Assembly: GCF_008831285.2 (NCBI RefSeq)
Contig: NC_045138.2
Coordinates: forward strand, 43,524,001-43,588,000
Length of the DNA stretch: 64,000 nucleotides
Direction: 5' to 3'
Source of the DNA: Nymphaea colorata
Taxonomy: Eukaryota
This document shows positions 38,621-52,124 of this stretch, one piece after another. The position numbers were made by a program, and so were the translations under genes. A model generated the notes under the pieces. It had not been told where the DNA came from, searched no databases, and worked only from the letters and a program-made list of their open reading frames with translations. Position 1 is the first letter of the stretch; each line of letters begins with the position of its first letter.

Positions 38621-39899
38621 TCTGAAGTTGGGACCGGATGGAACCCCAAGAATTCCCTAACACTTGAGCAATTAGAATAATTATTACCTTTACAAGTCCT
38701 TAGGAGTTGTTTGAATAAGCTTGTTAAGGTTTCCCTAACTCAAGATCAGCTCACTCTAATCTGATCAGCTTACTGAGATAAGTCACCCACCATTTCTAGA
38801 TCACAAAAATCTTGTCGGACATGGCCAAGCTTGACATAGAATCTTTTTAATGCCAGGAAAGTATTTTCATCATTTTCAGTTCTAGGATTTAAATTTGAGT
38901 TTTGGAGAATTTGTCCTTAAATCAAAGTGACACTATCTCATCTATTTGGCAGGTTTGAGCCAAAATTCTCGTCAATCCAAATATGTCAGCTTGCACTAAG
39001 ATCATGTTTTTCAAGATTAGTTCAGTTAACTCATTCCTAACTAAGTTCATTTTCAAATATGAAGATTTACTATGGGTTTTTTAGTTCTAGACATCTCACT
39101 TTAGTGTAGCTCAATCTTTTAAGCTAGATTATGAACAATCTGGGAATGAATTTCTCAATTTTTTTGCATAGTTGCGATCAAATATTCTTGGATAGAGTAG
39201 GTTTAGCTTCAGATCGGACAAACGTTTCTTGAATTCAAAATTCTCATTTTGCCCTTGGACATTGCCAAAAAATGAGTAATTTTGATATGTGTCAATTTAT
39301 AAATTGAGAATTTTGGAGGGGCAAACAAGATCATTTTTTTGACAATTTTTTCAAGTTATCTCCCTGCTACCTTGCACACCTTCATGTGTGGTCTTCTTCC
39401 CAAAAGACCCATTGAGCTTAGTTTCTGCATCATGCTCATTTTGGTCTTTCATCATTACATGCATATTTTTTTATAAACATAGGTTTGGAGCCACATGAAC
39501 CTAAGTTCGCATTTTTGTGCAAGTCAATACACCCATCTTGAGCCACCTCAGAATTCAGCTAAACTTGATTTTCTAAAACTAGACCGAGTGTGAACCCAGT
39601 TAGGCCGGCACCCAACCTAGCCCTCATCCTAGGCCAGGTCCAAAACAAGCTCACTGAGTTTGAGCACACCTAGTCCACATCGAGCTAGGTTCAAGGGCAT
39701 GCCCAATATCTCAGATGTTAGATCTTAGATGTCAATGTCAGATCACGATCCAAATCTTCACATCATGTCTAGATTTGCATTCTAGAATCTTCCTCAGATC
39801 CATATTATGTGGATCTTAGTATCAAATATAGATATGTTATCCACATGTGAGCACTTATGTGCATTATATTCATTTAATGTACCTTCAAGTTCCCACTTT

Positions 39900-41905
39900 G
39901 TGCTACATATTAGTCTATACAGCGGGACACAAACTTTGCAGCTGAGTTGAGCAAGTTGGTGCAAATGAATTCTGAGTTGAACATCAGTTAGAACATATGG
40001 TTTGATGCATGTTTCTCTCCTTCATGTTCGTGCATCGATTGTTCTCTATGCCATATGTCAACTAAAACCATCTTACATGAACTAATCAACACTTATTCGA
40101 CAATAAACACTGATTTTCATAGAATTGAATTCTAATTAGAATTGAGCAAGATATGAACAAATCTGCATCAGAATTCTTATTTTGATAGATGGCATTGTGC
40201 TTTCACTAGATGAGAGCACTCAAAATTTGATCATGTGTCGGTCTTGCGAGAAAAATTCACTATAAAAAAGGGTCCGCAGTCCCCACCCTTGGCATAATTT
40301 TCTAAGCTTCCATAAGGTACTAGAAGTTTGGTAAAATTTCAAAGTAGTACTTAGTTTCCTGGGCTGAAAGTAAATTAAATTTTTAGAGGCTTAGCAAGGA
40401 CCAGAGTTCAAGCTGCAACATCACTCAGCCAAGAACAAAGCTAGGTTTGCAGCAGGGGTTGTGGGAGTAGGCTCGGCTAGATCTTCAATAGGTTTAGGTA
40501 ATTTTGTTTTTCCTTTTCTTTTATTCTCTTATTTGCATTTTCACTTTTCTTTTCATGAGTATGCTTAGGTTTTCCTTTTTGCTTTCTACATAGTTAGGTA
40601 AGTTCGTTTTTGCTTTAGCTCCTAGGTTTGTCGCATTTTGTTTAGCATCTTTCCATTTAGTTTATTTGGTTTAGACATATTTTATATTGTTTTTCTGGTT
40701 TCATAGATTAGATTTTAGTTTACTATCTTCGTGATAGGTGTGAGGCCAGACATGCTTTATTATCCCTCTCTTTTACTTTCCTATCTTTTAATTTCTAGGT
40801 CTTCTTCTTTAATTAGCTTATGACTTCAAACAACATCAACCATATAGATTGCTTTCATTATTTAGAATTACGCATGCATTATGTAAACTATTTCAGTATG
40901 CATATTAAACCACAAGTCACACACGTGCACAACTTGCTTAGGACTAAGTCAAGTTAGCCTAATAGTGTGCCTTGAGGTAGTTGCACTGGCATGCAAATGT
41001 CTAACGCAGCCTAACTTCAATGCAGGCGCATTTTCAAAGCCATTGTTCTACTCAAATGATTTCAAAACAAGACTCTCTTTCAAATAGTTTTCTAACAACC
41101 CTAGGTCATGTAGGCTCAAAGTCCAACCCTAGCACATCTTAAAATTAGTCCTCAAGTCTTAGCCCAGACTAGTGTTAGTGCCATCAATCAAAGACCATAA
41201 ACCTTAGGACCAGAGTCTTAATTGACCTTCAAAAATCCACTGTATGCCCAATAATAGAAGCCTTCAACGTGGATTCATCACAAAACTTAGCAAGATTCAT
41301 GTAAAATATGATCACATGTAGCTAGGCTTGACTCTCTAAACCCAATCCTTCAGCTAATCTATCTTATGGTTCACTTAGAGTTTGAATTTCAAATGTTGGA
41401 TCTTAGATCAAGAACTTTAGATTGGCTAGAGTAAGTAGACAAAAATATTTGAAGTTTAGAGGTAGGATATGAGTAACTCAATTTGGATCCTGGATAAGGA
41501 TGATTTGATCTCCACCTTAAATCATATGTCATGTTTTGGATTTCAGAATAAAGTATCTTGGAACAAGATCAGTCATTTGGATTTGGATCTCATTTCCATA
41601 TTCTAAGCCCACGACCCTTACCTTAAGCCCAATAGAGGCTGGACCTTGTGTTTACATGATCTAGTTGTGCATGTATCTTTCTAGACTTAGGTTTTCACGG
41701 TGCATGGATCAATGATGAATTGAACCTGAATAATATGTCTCTCTTAGGTTTTGGATGACATCCACTTCATAGAAGTTAGAGCATAAGGTATAGTCTTTAG
41801 TTTGATTATCCTTAATAAAGGTATTAGAAATAGTTAGGCCTCATACCGATGGCTTAGGTCCATCTCTCGGATTCCAGCATATGAGAAATGGAGGCAAGTA
41901 CAATT
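39900..41905 (+). mobile_element. Long LTR-like segment, copy E
   Basis: ctataaaaaaggg (40260), tag|gtaatttt (40498), T-rich tract and the conserved block at 41800-41905; same layout as copy D. Left boundary uncertain. Confidence 0.6.
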
Positions 41906-42406
41906 GATAAATCTCATTTATTATGGTTTGCATGTAAGATAAAAAAATTTATATATAAAAAATTGGTGACTATGTTAAAACCTGTCACTATTTGACTATA
42001 CAAAATGTTCTAAATGCCTCAGCCTTAGATGTCATCCCACCCCTAGAACCATTTAGGAGTCCTCTTGATTTAAGACATGTGATTTCCATGCTTTCATTAA
42101 GACGAAGAATTGATTGGCATTTATTCATGCTCACCCAAAATTCAATTTACATACAACCCCTCTCAATTTAGGTGTTAACAAAAGAAAATGTTTGCTCCTC
42201 TCTTGATTTTAACTCTCATCTTAGGTGGCATTACATTGGAGTCCACTGAATGTATTCTTCATTTAGAAAGTTTCTCTTCACTCATGTCCCCACCATCACA
42301 TCGCAGAATTTACTCCTTGTATAATTAGCTTGGCTTGGTCAATGGCTGAACCAACCAACTGGAGGTAGGTATTGGCCATCCTCTCACACCAACTGGAGGT
42401 AGGTAT

Positions 42407-45381
42407 TGTAACGCTTGTTTTTATTTCAGGTCAGGTTGGAGCGGGTCCAGACCCGGACTCGCAACTTACCCGCGTGAGAGCCCGACGAGGGCTGTTCACT
42501 CTCGTCCCCCTCTCGCTCTCCCCCTTTGTTGCCTTTCTTATTGCTAGGAAGCTCCACACAAAGAAGAAGCAGGCGGTCGAGGGTGACAGCGGCGATGCCT
42601 GGGCCAGCGGAGGAAGGGCGGCGGTGCTGCTCTGGTAAGCCCTCCCAACCTCTCTCTGCCTCTTCTTCTCCTCTCTTCCTTCTTCTTTTTCTCCTCCTCC
42701 CTCTCTCGTTGCTTTCTGTCGACTCCCCTTCTGTCCCTCGCCCTTCTTTTGTCATCTCCCTCTCTAATCCGAGCTCCCTCCCGACAGCTTTCATGTCCCC
42801 TCACGTTTTCTTCTCCCTTCTCACGCACTCTCACCCTCACTGCCGTCTTCCCCCTTTTTGTCTGAACCCTCTCTCTCGGTCTCCCCTCTCTGTCAGCGCC
42901 CTCTCTCTCATTCATTTTCAGCTTCCCACACCACTACCATGGGTCTCTTCTAATGATAGACCACTTTTTGAACTCCCTTTTGTCGATTTTTGACTCTTTT
43001 ATGGCTGTTTGGTCAATTTGCAGCTTGGAGACGCATCTTTCACCTCATACCAGTGACTAGAATGCATTGGTGGAGGTGGCATTGAGAGATTTTAGCTGTT
43101 TGAGGATCAATTGAACTCATGAGGTGGCTGCCGGGAGGATTGCAGCAGTCTAGACTCTAATATTGGGGTGAGTGAGGCTTAACCAAGCCTAAATCAACTA
43201 TTATTTTCTATTAGAGTATGTATAATTATTAATTTGGCATGCTAGAATTAAGAATTTATGATTTGGGATACATGTTAGCGACTTTGCTTTTTGGGAAAAG
43301 TTTAGGATTATTTTGGAGAAGCGTTTATTCATGTCTATAATGATCTTTTAAGCTTATGATGTTGATTTTAAAGCTATTTAGAAACATGGTAAAGATTTTG
43401 ATGTGGGTGAGAAGAATATGTAAGTTGGGTGTACTATTGGGAAGACGCCTCAACTAAAGAAAGTTAATGAGAAATGTGTTAGTGATGGATTGATCGAAGC
43501 ATTGAGTTTTGATGTTTGGTGGCAACGTCAAGAAGTTAGGAGTGGACCTATTGGAGGGCTTGTAGGTCGACACTACCTGTCGACGCCCTCTTGAGGCGAT
43601 GACATGTGCCTCAATGTGTTTTGTATTTGTTTGGATCGTGAAACTAACTAGTAGAAATCTTATCTTTTGCTTATGTCTACAGGTACACCGGGCACGTCTC
43701 GTAGACCTTGAGCGACCAGATTCGAAACTCGAGGCATTTTGAAGAGTTTTGTGGACACACGACAGGTATGGCGGCATTCCAGGCAAATCCCTGCCTGGGG
43801 CCAACGTGTGATTGTGTATTCCTAGGATCGTGAGATCCTAGGATTGTGATGTAATTTAATGATTGTTTTGTGAATGAATGTATGTATGCATGCAAATGAT
43901 TTGATATATGATAAGATCTGTTTTGAAAAGCTATTAGAAGTTTGTTTTGAAAATGTTATGCATTGCATGTGCATGCTAGAATTGATAACTTCTTAGGACA
44001 AATGAGGTAGGGTATCGAGTTGAGTGTCTCCTCGACCCCACTTGTGCTTTAGAAAACATCTTAGAATGATAACTGCCTAGGACAGCTACGAGCCAATCAC
44101 AGATCGAAACTACTCTCCATGATTTGGCTAAGTTTTGAAAGATGTGAATGATGTGTTTGATAAGATGTGAGTTTTTATGAATGTGAATGTTGTGATTTGT
44201 TGCATATGCATTGCCGCGGGCAATGATACAAATGAATGAATTGGAGGGTAGTTGTACCCGTACTGTATGACGGCTAGTTAAGAATGTAATGATATGTGTG
44301 GCCCTCGTGTGGAGGCAATTGGAGGTATGAGTGCACTTGTGAAGTGTACCAACTTCATGAGCTAGCCAGTCATTTTGTGAATGTGCAATTGTAATGATAA
44401 TAATGAAAGAATAAGAGATGAGAGGCCAGTGGGATGTTGCTATGTGTTTGGGAGTTGTCCCACCTTCGCCACAGGTGTAGGAGCGTAAGCGGTGCAAGGC
44501 CCCAGGGTACTATTGTATGATGTGCTTGGAGCGTTGGGCTCCCACCTTCCTAACCTGGGTGTCCTAGGGAAGGCTGAGTATATCTCCTTAGAATTCACAC
44601 ACCCATGGATGAGTGCTCTACCGCTGTAGCGGGTGAATGGATCCATATTGTTATGGGCCACTACGGGGGTTGTCTCTCGGCTGTAGGCCACTCGCGGTGT
44701 GCATGTGCCTGTGTTTGCACCCACAGAAACTGTCAATTCACTGAAGTTAATGAAAATGAAAAGTATATGAATGAAATGCATGTGAATGAAATGAATGTGA
44801 ATGCTATGTTTATACATGTCTTACATGTGAATTGAGATTGTGTTATCGTGGCCATTGAATGACCTTTACATGTCGTGGTATATGTGAGGGGCCTTCTTGG
44901 TAAATGATGTGACTATGCCCTAACACGACATGATGACAGATTGTTTTTATGATTGTTCTCATTTTTGAGCCCTACCTATGAGGGTTTGGGATTTTCTTGT
45001 CTTGTTGCCATACTGCGAAGGCTAAGCCTTCAATTGTTTCTTTTTTTTTTCAGGTTTTGGCCGACCCGGGGCAGCAGGTTGATCAGATGGCTTCACTCAC
45101 ATCCTACTGGGGAGGTTTTGGGTCGTTTGTAGTGCTGGCGTATCACATTTTTGGTTATATTGATGTCTTGTTGTTGTTAGGCATCAATTACATGGTTTGG
45201 GGCATTTTGTCATACACATTGATGTAATTGTGTATCAACTGAAATTGTTATATAAATGAAAGTTTGTCCTTTTGTTTCTAATGGCATAGCTCCTTCCATT
45301 TTAAATTATTGTGTCGTCCCACCTTAATGCTTTATGTTTAGAAAAAAATTTGTTTGAGGGTCAAAAGGTTGGGGTGTGATA
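42407..45381 (+). mobile_element. Solo LTR of the Tekay/Del-like family (2975 bp)
   Basis: tgtaacgc ... ggggtgtgata; perfect TSD GGTAT (42402-42406, 45382-45386); reverse complement of the 54238-57414 type. Confidence 0.95.
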
Positions 45382-46149
45382 GGTATTGGCTATCCTCTCA
45401 CCCATATTGAGGTAGTAGCCCGATATATTGGTGATTGACCAAAAAGAATGAAGACCCCATAACCTTAGAACTCATATGGAGAAGTCTAAACCATATATAC
45501 ATCGGACTTATTCTCCAAACATATAGACATATATCATATATAGAACTACTGATTATCTCAAACCTTTTGGAACCTAGTTTAGGTGACCAAGCCTATTTTC
45601 AAAATGTTTGCATAATAAAGCCATGTCATTAGGGCATGTTGTTTGAGCATTCTCTATGTATCATGTTTGGTTGATTGTTCCCTCATTTACATACATAACA
45701 TTTCTGTTAAAAACTAAAAGTAGGTTTCAAAGGTCTCTCCCTCTTCTCTTATCAAAACAATTCAGAATTTTTCATAATTATCATTCCTCTTATTTCTTCA
45801 GTCTGTCAAGGTGAAAAATGTCATTTTTGATGTATGAACTTTCTAGGCTTTGGTAGACATTGTTGCTTCATCTAGTTTGCCATTTCTCGATTATGTGTGT
45901 TGATTTTCACGTCTGCTCTAATCCCAACCATGTTTATTTTGTTAGTCACCATGATTAGGTTGTTCATTATATTCTTAAAGGTAACCCAAACATTAGATGT
46001 ATCTCCACAAACAAACTTGTGCTGGACTGGTATTCATAATGGGTTGAATAGTTCATATGCTTTCCTTCACCACTTAGATGATTGTAGCTTGGAGATAGTG
46101 GCCATCACACATTATAAACGACAACTTCAGTCTCACTTTGGATGAGATA

Positions 46150-46535
46150 TAAAATCCCTACACATCCACATTCTGGCTTCCCTTTGTCAAAATGATACCT
46201 CATATGGATGAATTCACATACATTTTGGAGTTAACCGAGCCGATTGGTCACTCAAAGTATCTTATAGATGATCAGTTTATGACCAACTTCAAGTAATGTA
46301 ACTACAAGAACTTACTCTTTAGACTGACAAGTATCAAGAGTTGGAACCTAAAATCATCTTGGTAGATTTTAACATGCACTTTAGACGGTCAACATAGGAG
46401 ATGAAGGCCAAGTTGCCTAAGGTACAACACATGACCAAGGAGATGACGACTATCTACACCGCTAGCTCATGATGTTTGCCAATGGAGGAGGCATCAGGAC
46501 CTACGTGTTCTCCAACTTTTCTAAATGTCAGGTAG
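46150..46535 (+). mobile_element. Possible gypsy gag remnant interrupted by the next solo LTR
   Basis: DQFMTNF...LFRLTSIK-like segment resembling the retrotransposon gag domain; same orientation as the RH/aRH remnant at 50130. Confidence 0.35.
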
Positions 46536-49428
46536 TGTGACACTCGACATTTTGCAGGTGGGCTGGATCGGGTCCAGACCCAGACCCAGACCCGAACCCA
46601 CTTGCGTGAGGAGCCTGACGCGGGGGATTTTCTCCCTTGTCTCCCTCTTCGTCTCTTCCTCTGGCTCGACCGTGTGAGAAGCAGGAGGCAGACGAGGGTG
46701 CTACGGTGACGGCGGGGCCGGCGGAGGAAGGGCAGCAATGGTGGCACTCAGGTGATCCTCTCGACCTCCCTCTCTGATTACGCTTCTCACTCCCTCTCCC
46801 CATTTTTTGTTTTTTTTTCCCTTCGACCCGAGTCTTCTCCCCTTCTCCCGCACGTTTTATCTCTCTGCATTCCCTCTCACTCTTCGTCTCTTCTCCCTTT
46901 GTCTGCACTCTCTCACTCTCTCTTTGCCCATGGCTCTCTCTGCTTGAGCCCTCTCCCTCAATTGAACACTCTCTGTGCACTCTCTCCTTACCGCTAGCCT
47001 CCTTCCACTCATATCTTCTGTGTTTTCTCTCTCCTTTTCAACCTCCCTCTCTCTTGTTGTTTTCTGCCTCCCCCAACCGAACCAATCCCTCTCAGCTGAA
47101 CTCCTCCACTTGAACTCATTTTTACTTTTTCTCACTAGTTAGTGGTTGTTGGATTGGAATTGTAGCTTGGGGCGCATCTTTCTCTTCTTAACAGCAAATA
47201 TAAGGCGTTGGTGGTGGTAGCATTGCATGTTTTTTGCCGCTTGGGGATCAATTGAACATTTGATGTGGCTGTCGGGAACATGATAGCAGTTTGGGCACTA
47301 AGATTGTGGTGAGCGAGGCCTAATCGAGCTTAAATTATCTAAAATTTACTGTTAGTGCATGTATAATTATTATTTGAGCATGTTAGACTCATGATTCGAT
47401 GATTTAGAATGCATATTAGCGATGTTGCTATTTTGGGGAAAGGTTATGACTATTTTGAGAAGCACGAGAATTTACGTGTATATTTATCTCTTTAGCATGA
47501 TGGATTGATTTTCAAAGCGATTAGGAAACATGTTAGAGATGGGATGCGATTGAGAAGATGTAGGACCGTTGTTGCAAACTTATGGCAAACACTATTGTCG
47601 ATGTGCGTATTACAGTGTTAGTTGGAGAAGAATATGTAAGTTGGGTGTAACTATTGGGTAGACGCCTCAACTATGAAAGCAAGTGAAAAGTGTATTAGTG
47701 ATTGGTTGAATCGAAAGCTCAGAACATAGATCGTTTGGTGACGACCTCTAGGGTTGACACTGCCTGTCGACTCCCTCTTGAGATGATGACCTATGCCTCA
47801 ATGATTGTATTTTATATTTGTATAGATTGTAAAACTGAACGAGTACAGAATTTATCATGTGCTTATGTTCGCAGGTACATCGGGCACGTCAAGTGGACCT
47901 TGAGCGAGAAGATTCAAAGCTCAAAGCATTTTGGGGTAGTTTGGCAACGCGTGGTAGGTATGGCGGCATTCCAGTCAAATCCTTGACTAGGGCCAACTTT
48001 TGAATGTATGTTTTCACGATCGTGAGATCCAATAACTGTGTGCCTGTGATCGTTTTGTTATGAGATAAGTTTTGTTTTGAAATTACTATAAGTTTTGTTT
48101 TGAAAATTACTACGCAATTGCATGTGCATGCTAGAAATGATAACTGCATAGGATAGCTACGAGCCAATCACGGATCGAGACTACTCTCCATAGTTTGGCT
48201 AAGTTTTGAAAGATGTGATTGATGTATTTGATTAATGTGAATCTTGTGGTATGTTGCATATGTATTACCGTGGGCAATAATGCAATTGAATGAAATTGAA
48301 GGGTAGTACTACCTGTATTGTTATGATGGCTAGTTAAGAATGTTAACTATATGTGTAGCCCTCGTGTGGAGGTAATTGGAGGTGTGGGTGCACCCGTGAA
48401 GTGAACCAACGTCATGAGCTAATTGGTCATTTTGTGAATGTGTAATCATAATGACAAGTAAGAAAGAATAAGAGATGAGAGGCTAGTGGGTTGTGGCAAT
48501 GTGTTTAGGAGATGTCTCACCTTCGCCACTGGTCTCGCCTGCTCGGAGCACAAGCGGTGCAAGACCCTAGGATATCATTGTGTGATGTGCTTGGAGCGTT
48601 GGGTTCCCGCCTTCCCAACCTAGGGAAGGCTGAGTATCTCTCATTGAAATTCACACATCCATGGACGAGTGCTCTATCGCTGCAGCATGAATGGATCCAT
48701 ATCGTTTCGGGCCACCACGGGGGTTGTCTCCCGACTGTAGGCCACCTGCGGTGTGCACGTGCCTATGTTTGCACCCACAAGAACTGTCAGTTCACTAAAG
48801 CTAATGTAAATGAAAAGAATCTGAATGAAGTTTGCAAATGAAGTGATTGTGAATGATGTGTTCATGCATGAATTCCATGAATGTGCTATTATGGCCAGTG
48901 AGTGGCTTTTACTTGTCGTGGTATATGTGAGGGGCTTCCATAACAAGTCATGCGAATATATGCCCTATCACGACAAGATAGTGATTTGCTTTCATATTTA
49001 TTATATCTCATATTTGAGCTCTTACCTTAAAGAGTTAGGGATTTATTTGGCTTGTTGTCATACTACGAAGGCTAATCCTTCAGTTGTCTTTCTTTTTCAG
49101 GTTTTGGCGGACTCGGAGCAATAGGTTGATCAAATGGCTCTACTCACATCCTACTGGAGAGGTTTTGGGTCTATTGTAGTGTCAGCGTGTCTTGTTTTGG
49201 TCATATTGATGTATTGTTTTTGTTAGGCATCAATATTGTGATTTGGGGGCATTTTTATTATATGTATTGTTGAGAAGTATGATGTGATTTTTGTATGAAC
49301 TGAAAATTGGTATATAAATAAAGTTTGTTCCATTGTTTTGAATTGCATAGCTCAGTTTCTTTTGAATTATTGTGTCATCGCACCTCAATGTTTTAAGTTT
49401 AAAAAGTCAAAAGGGTTGGGGTGTGACA
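46536..49428 (+). mobile_element. Solo LTR of the Tekay/Del-like family (2893 bp)
   Basis: tgtgacactc ... ggggtgtgaca; perfect TSD GGTAG (46531-46535, 49429-49433). Confidence 0.95.
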
Positions 49429-50129
49429 GGTAGCATCACTTGATGTTTGTCTGTCTCCACAATTGGTTTAGCTTTTTTATACATGGGACTCACCTGGTTT
49501 GCTTTGTAGGATGTCAATGTTATAGGAGGTTGCCAGTGGTTTCTCCAAGAGTGGTTCAATCAACACACTACCTAGGATAGCCAGCTTTCAAACCTACAAG
49601 AGATAATATCCTCCGTCTCCACTCATACAAGAAGATGTTATATGACCACATTGAGGAGTAGATTGTTTGGACTATTTCTACAAAAAAGAACAATCAACAC
49701 AATACGCTTACCATTATAAGAGGACATACATAATTCTTTGGGTCATTTCTTTGTGGTGCCCTATCATTCAGAGAGATGCCAATGCTTTTTACACTATCAG
49801 GCGACATTATAGCACCATGGTAGGTTTTGATCAAGATAAAGAGGAGTGCTAGGGCATTCTAACCAGGTTTATATGAGTTGGTCATATGTGGGGAATGAAA
49901 TATATATGTATGGAAAACGTGTTAGGTCTAGAGTGTACGTGGAGTGGTGGAAGGCAGGAGTCAGTGTGGCCCCTTTCTTACTATCATTGAGTTCAAGTCA
50001 TATTGAAAAAATATGTTTGATTTCATAATATTTTGATCTTGTCTCGAATTTCTCTAATGTCTAAATAATTTGTGTCTTATATTTTTGAAAAAACAAATTA
50101 AATTTGTCTCTTACTTGCGAGTCGTTTAG

Positions 50130-51275
50130 GGCATCGAATTCAAATGGGATCCAAAGTGTCAGCAGTAACTTGACCAAGTGAAACAGTATCTTTTAAACCT
50201 ATCAATAATCAAATCCCAGATTTAGGACAGCTCTTACTATTACACATTTTTGTGAACAATTCAGCATGCCAAGGATTTCTAGCACAATATAAGGATGGTT
50301 GCAAGATTAAACATGCAATATACAATGTCAACAGGACTTTTGTTTAATATGAAAAAAGGTATTCCATAATGGAAAAGACTTGTCATGCTCTTGTTTGGAT
50401 GTGCGAGAAATAATAGCACTACTTGTTCCCACGTGAAGCTAAAGTAGTTTGTAGATTACATCCCCTCAAGTACATTTAGAGCAATTGTTTCTTACAAGAA
50501 TAATTGCTAAGTGGCAAATTCTCCTAATGTAATATGACTTAGAGTACATTTCTCATAAATCAATTAAGGGACAACCATTGATCGAGCAATTGGCGAATTT
50601 TTCATTGACAGATGAAATGAAAGTACAATGACTCTAGATGAACATGTGCTACGTGTTGAAACCATGCAACTGTAGGCCCTTTCCTTAGATGAATCCAAAA
50701 ACATAGCAAGAACCAGTATCAAGATTCTTCTTCTCAACTTGGCAGAGGAAATGATCTCATGTTTCCTCAAGTTAGAATTTTTCTGCACTCATTACATGGT
50801 AGAACATGAAGTTTTAATTTACAGATTGAAGATGTTATTGACTTTCAAAGTAAGAAACGTCTACGCATGTGGAGACTCTATGCTCATAGTAAACCAAGTC
50901 AATAAAGAGCAAAAGGTAAAAGATCTTAAATTGATCCCTTACTAGGAGGTCACTTGAGCTTTGGTAACAATTCAAAGAATTTCAGTTGTTTCTTGTCAAG
51001 CGGGAATATAACCAATCTGCCAATGGCCTAGCCATTTTGGGCTTCATTTTCACATTTAAGAAGAACAAACTATGCAGAGCTTTTAAAGTTGGGAAACCCA
51101 CACAACCAGCATGTGATTTATCAGAACAAATCAATAGGATCAAGTGAGAAGATGTCCCATGGTATTTGAATATCAACGGTTATCTCGAAACAAAAGAGTT
51201 TCCTCTAGACATGCTAAAGAAGGAGCAAAAAAGCTACCCAGAGGATGCCATGTAAATACTTCATTTTGGTTAGAG
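50130..51275 (+). mobile_element. Ty3/gypsy Ogre/Tat-type pol remnant: RNase H + aRH + linker
   Basis: EFKWDPKCQQ.LDQVKQYL, KHAIY, YEKRYSIMEKTCHALVWMCEK, PLKYI, AKWQILLM.YDL, then VEHEVLIYRL...CGDSMLIVNQVNKE (aRH) and WYLNINGYLE. Confidence 0.88.
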
Positions 51276-51389
51276 TGCTATATGTGTAATGCCCCAAATG
51301 TTTAGTCCTGTATCGAAGATTGTGAGGAATCTTCAAGGGTTTATAAAGGGGGCCATTGATGAGAAGATTGTCCTGGTTCTTATCATTTT

Positions 51390-51695
51390 TAAGGTTGAAA
51401 CCGAAACTGCGAGGGGGGCGGGTTGGGATCCGTCGAACCAGAGGTTGGTACCTAGACCGAGACATGCTTCGGAAAATGGCCTCGTTGGATACGACATACA
51501 TAAAAATTATTTATATGTGTATTTTTCATTATAAATATGTGTTTATATATTAACTTTATATATTTTACATATTTTTTTATTATAAATTTATGATCATGGT
51601 TGGACCTGGGCCTTGTGGTCTGGCTGGGCTTGGATCATGGGCTCAGTGCTGGCCTGAGACCGACTTTGAATTGGCTAGGGGCGACCCGATGCCAG
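51390..51695. mobile_element. Decayed hAT-like MITE (GC-rich arms, AT-rich core)
   Basis: Architecture as at 14376-14614; termini and TSD not resolved. Confidence 0.4.
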
Positions 51696-51990
51696 GAGGA
51701 CACCTTGTTCCTAGCGTCTCACAAACACAACCTCTAATATTGGAGTTGTGTTCCAGATTTTCAACAGAATCAACTCTATGGGAGTTGTGTTCCATATTCT
51801 CACCATACGTGGACAGGAATATGCAGTGTTTCCAGTGAATCAAACGTTAAATGTTCCTGGATTGGCTCAAACTCATGCGCACATAACGACATGAAGAAGA
51901 TAGAAACGAAGATTAATTCAAGCCTTGACATTGTTGGAGCCCAATTTTCTTCAGAATTTATATTTGCATCAGTTTATCCATATTGGATTG

Positions 51991-52122
51991 TAGGGATGTC
52001 AATGAATCACATTAAAATTAGATGCACTGTGTATCATATCTGTTTTATTTGATGTTTACATATTTGGATTCAAGTACAAATGAAAAAAAGTTTGAATCAT
52101 ATCTAAATCTGAATCTGAATGC
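51991..52122. mobile_element. Left end of an hAT-type MITE, truncated
   Basis: Starts TAGGGATGTCAAT followed by atctga/gaatc repeats; cut off by the LTR fragment. Confidence 0.45.
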
Positions 52123-52124
52123 AT

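Noticed and set aside
51741..51805. Short direct repeat ggagttgtgttcca x2
   Set aside because: Two copies only, consistent with a local duplication.
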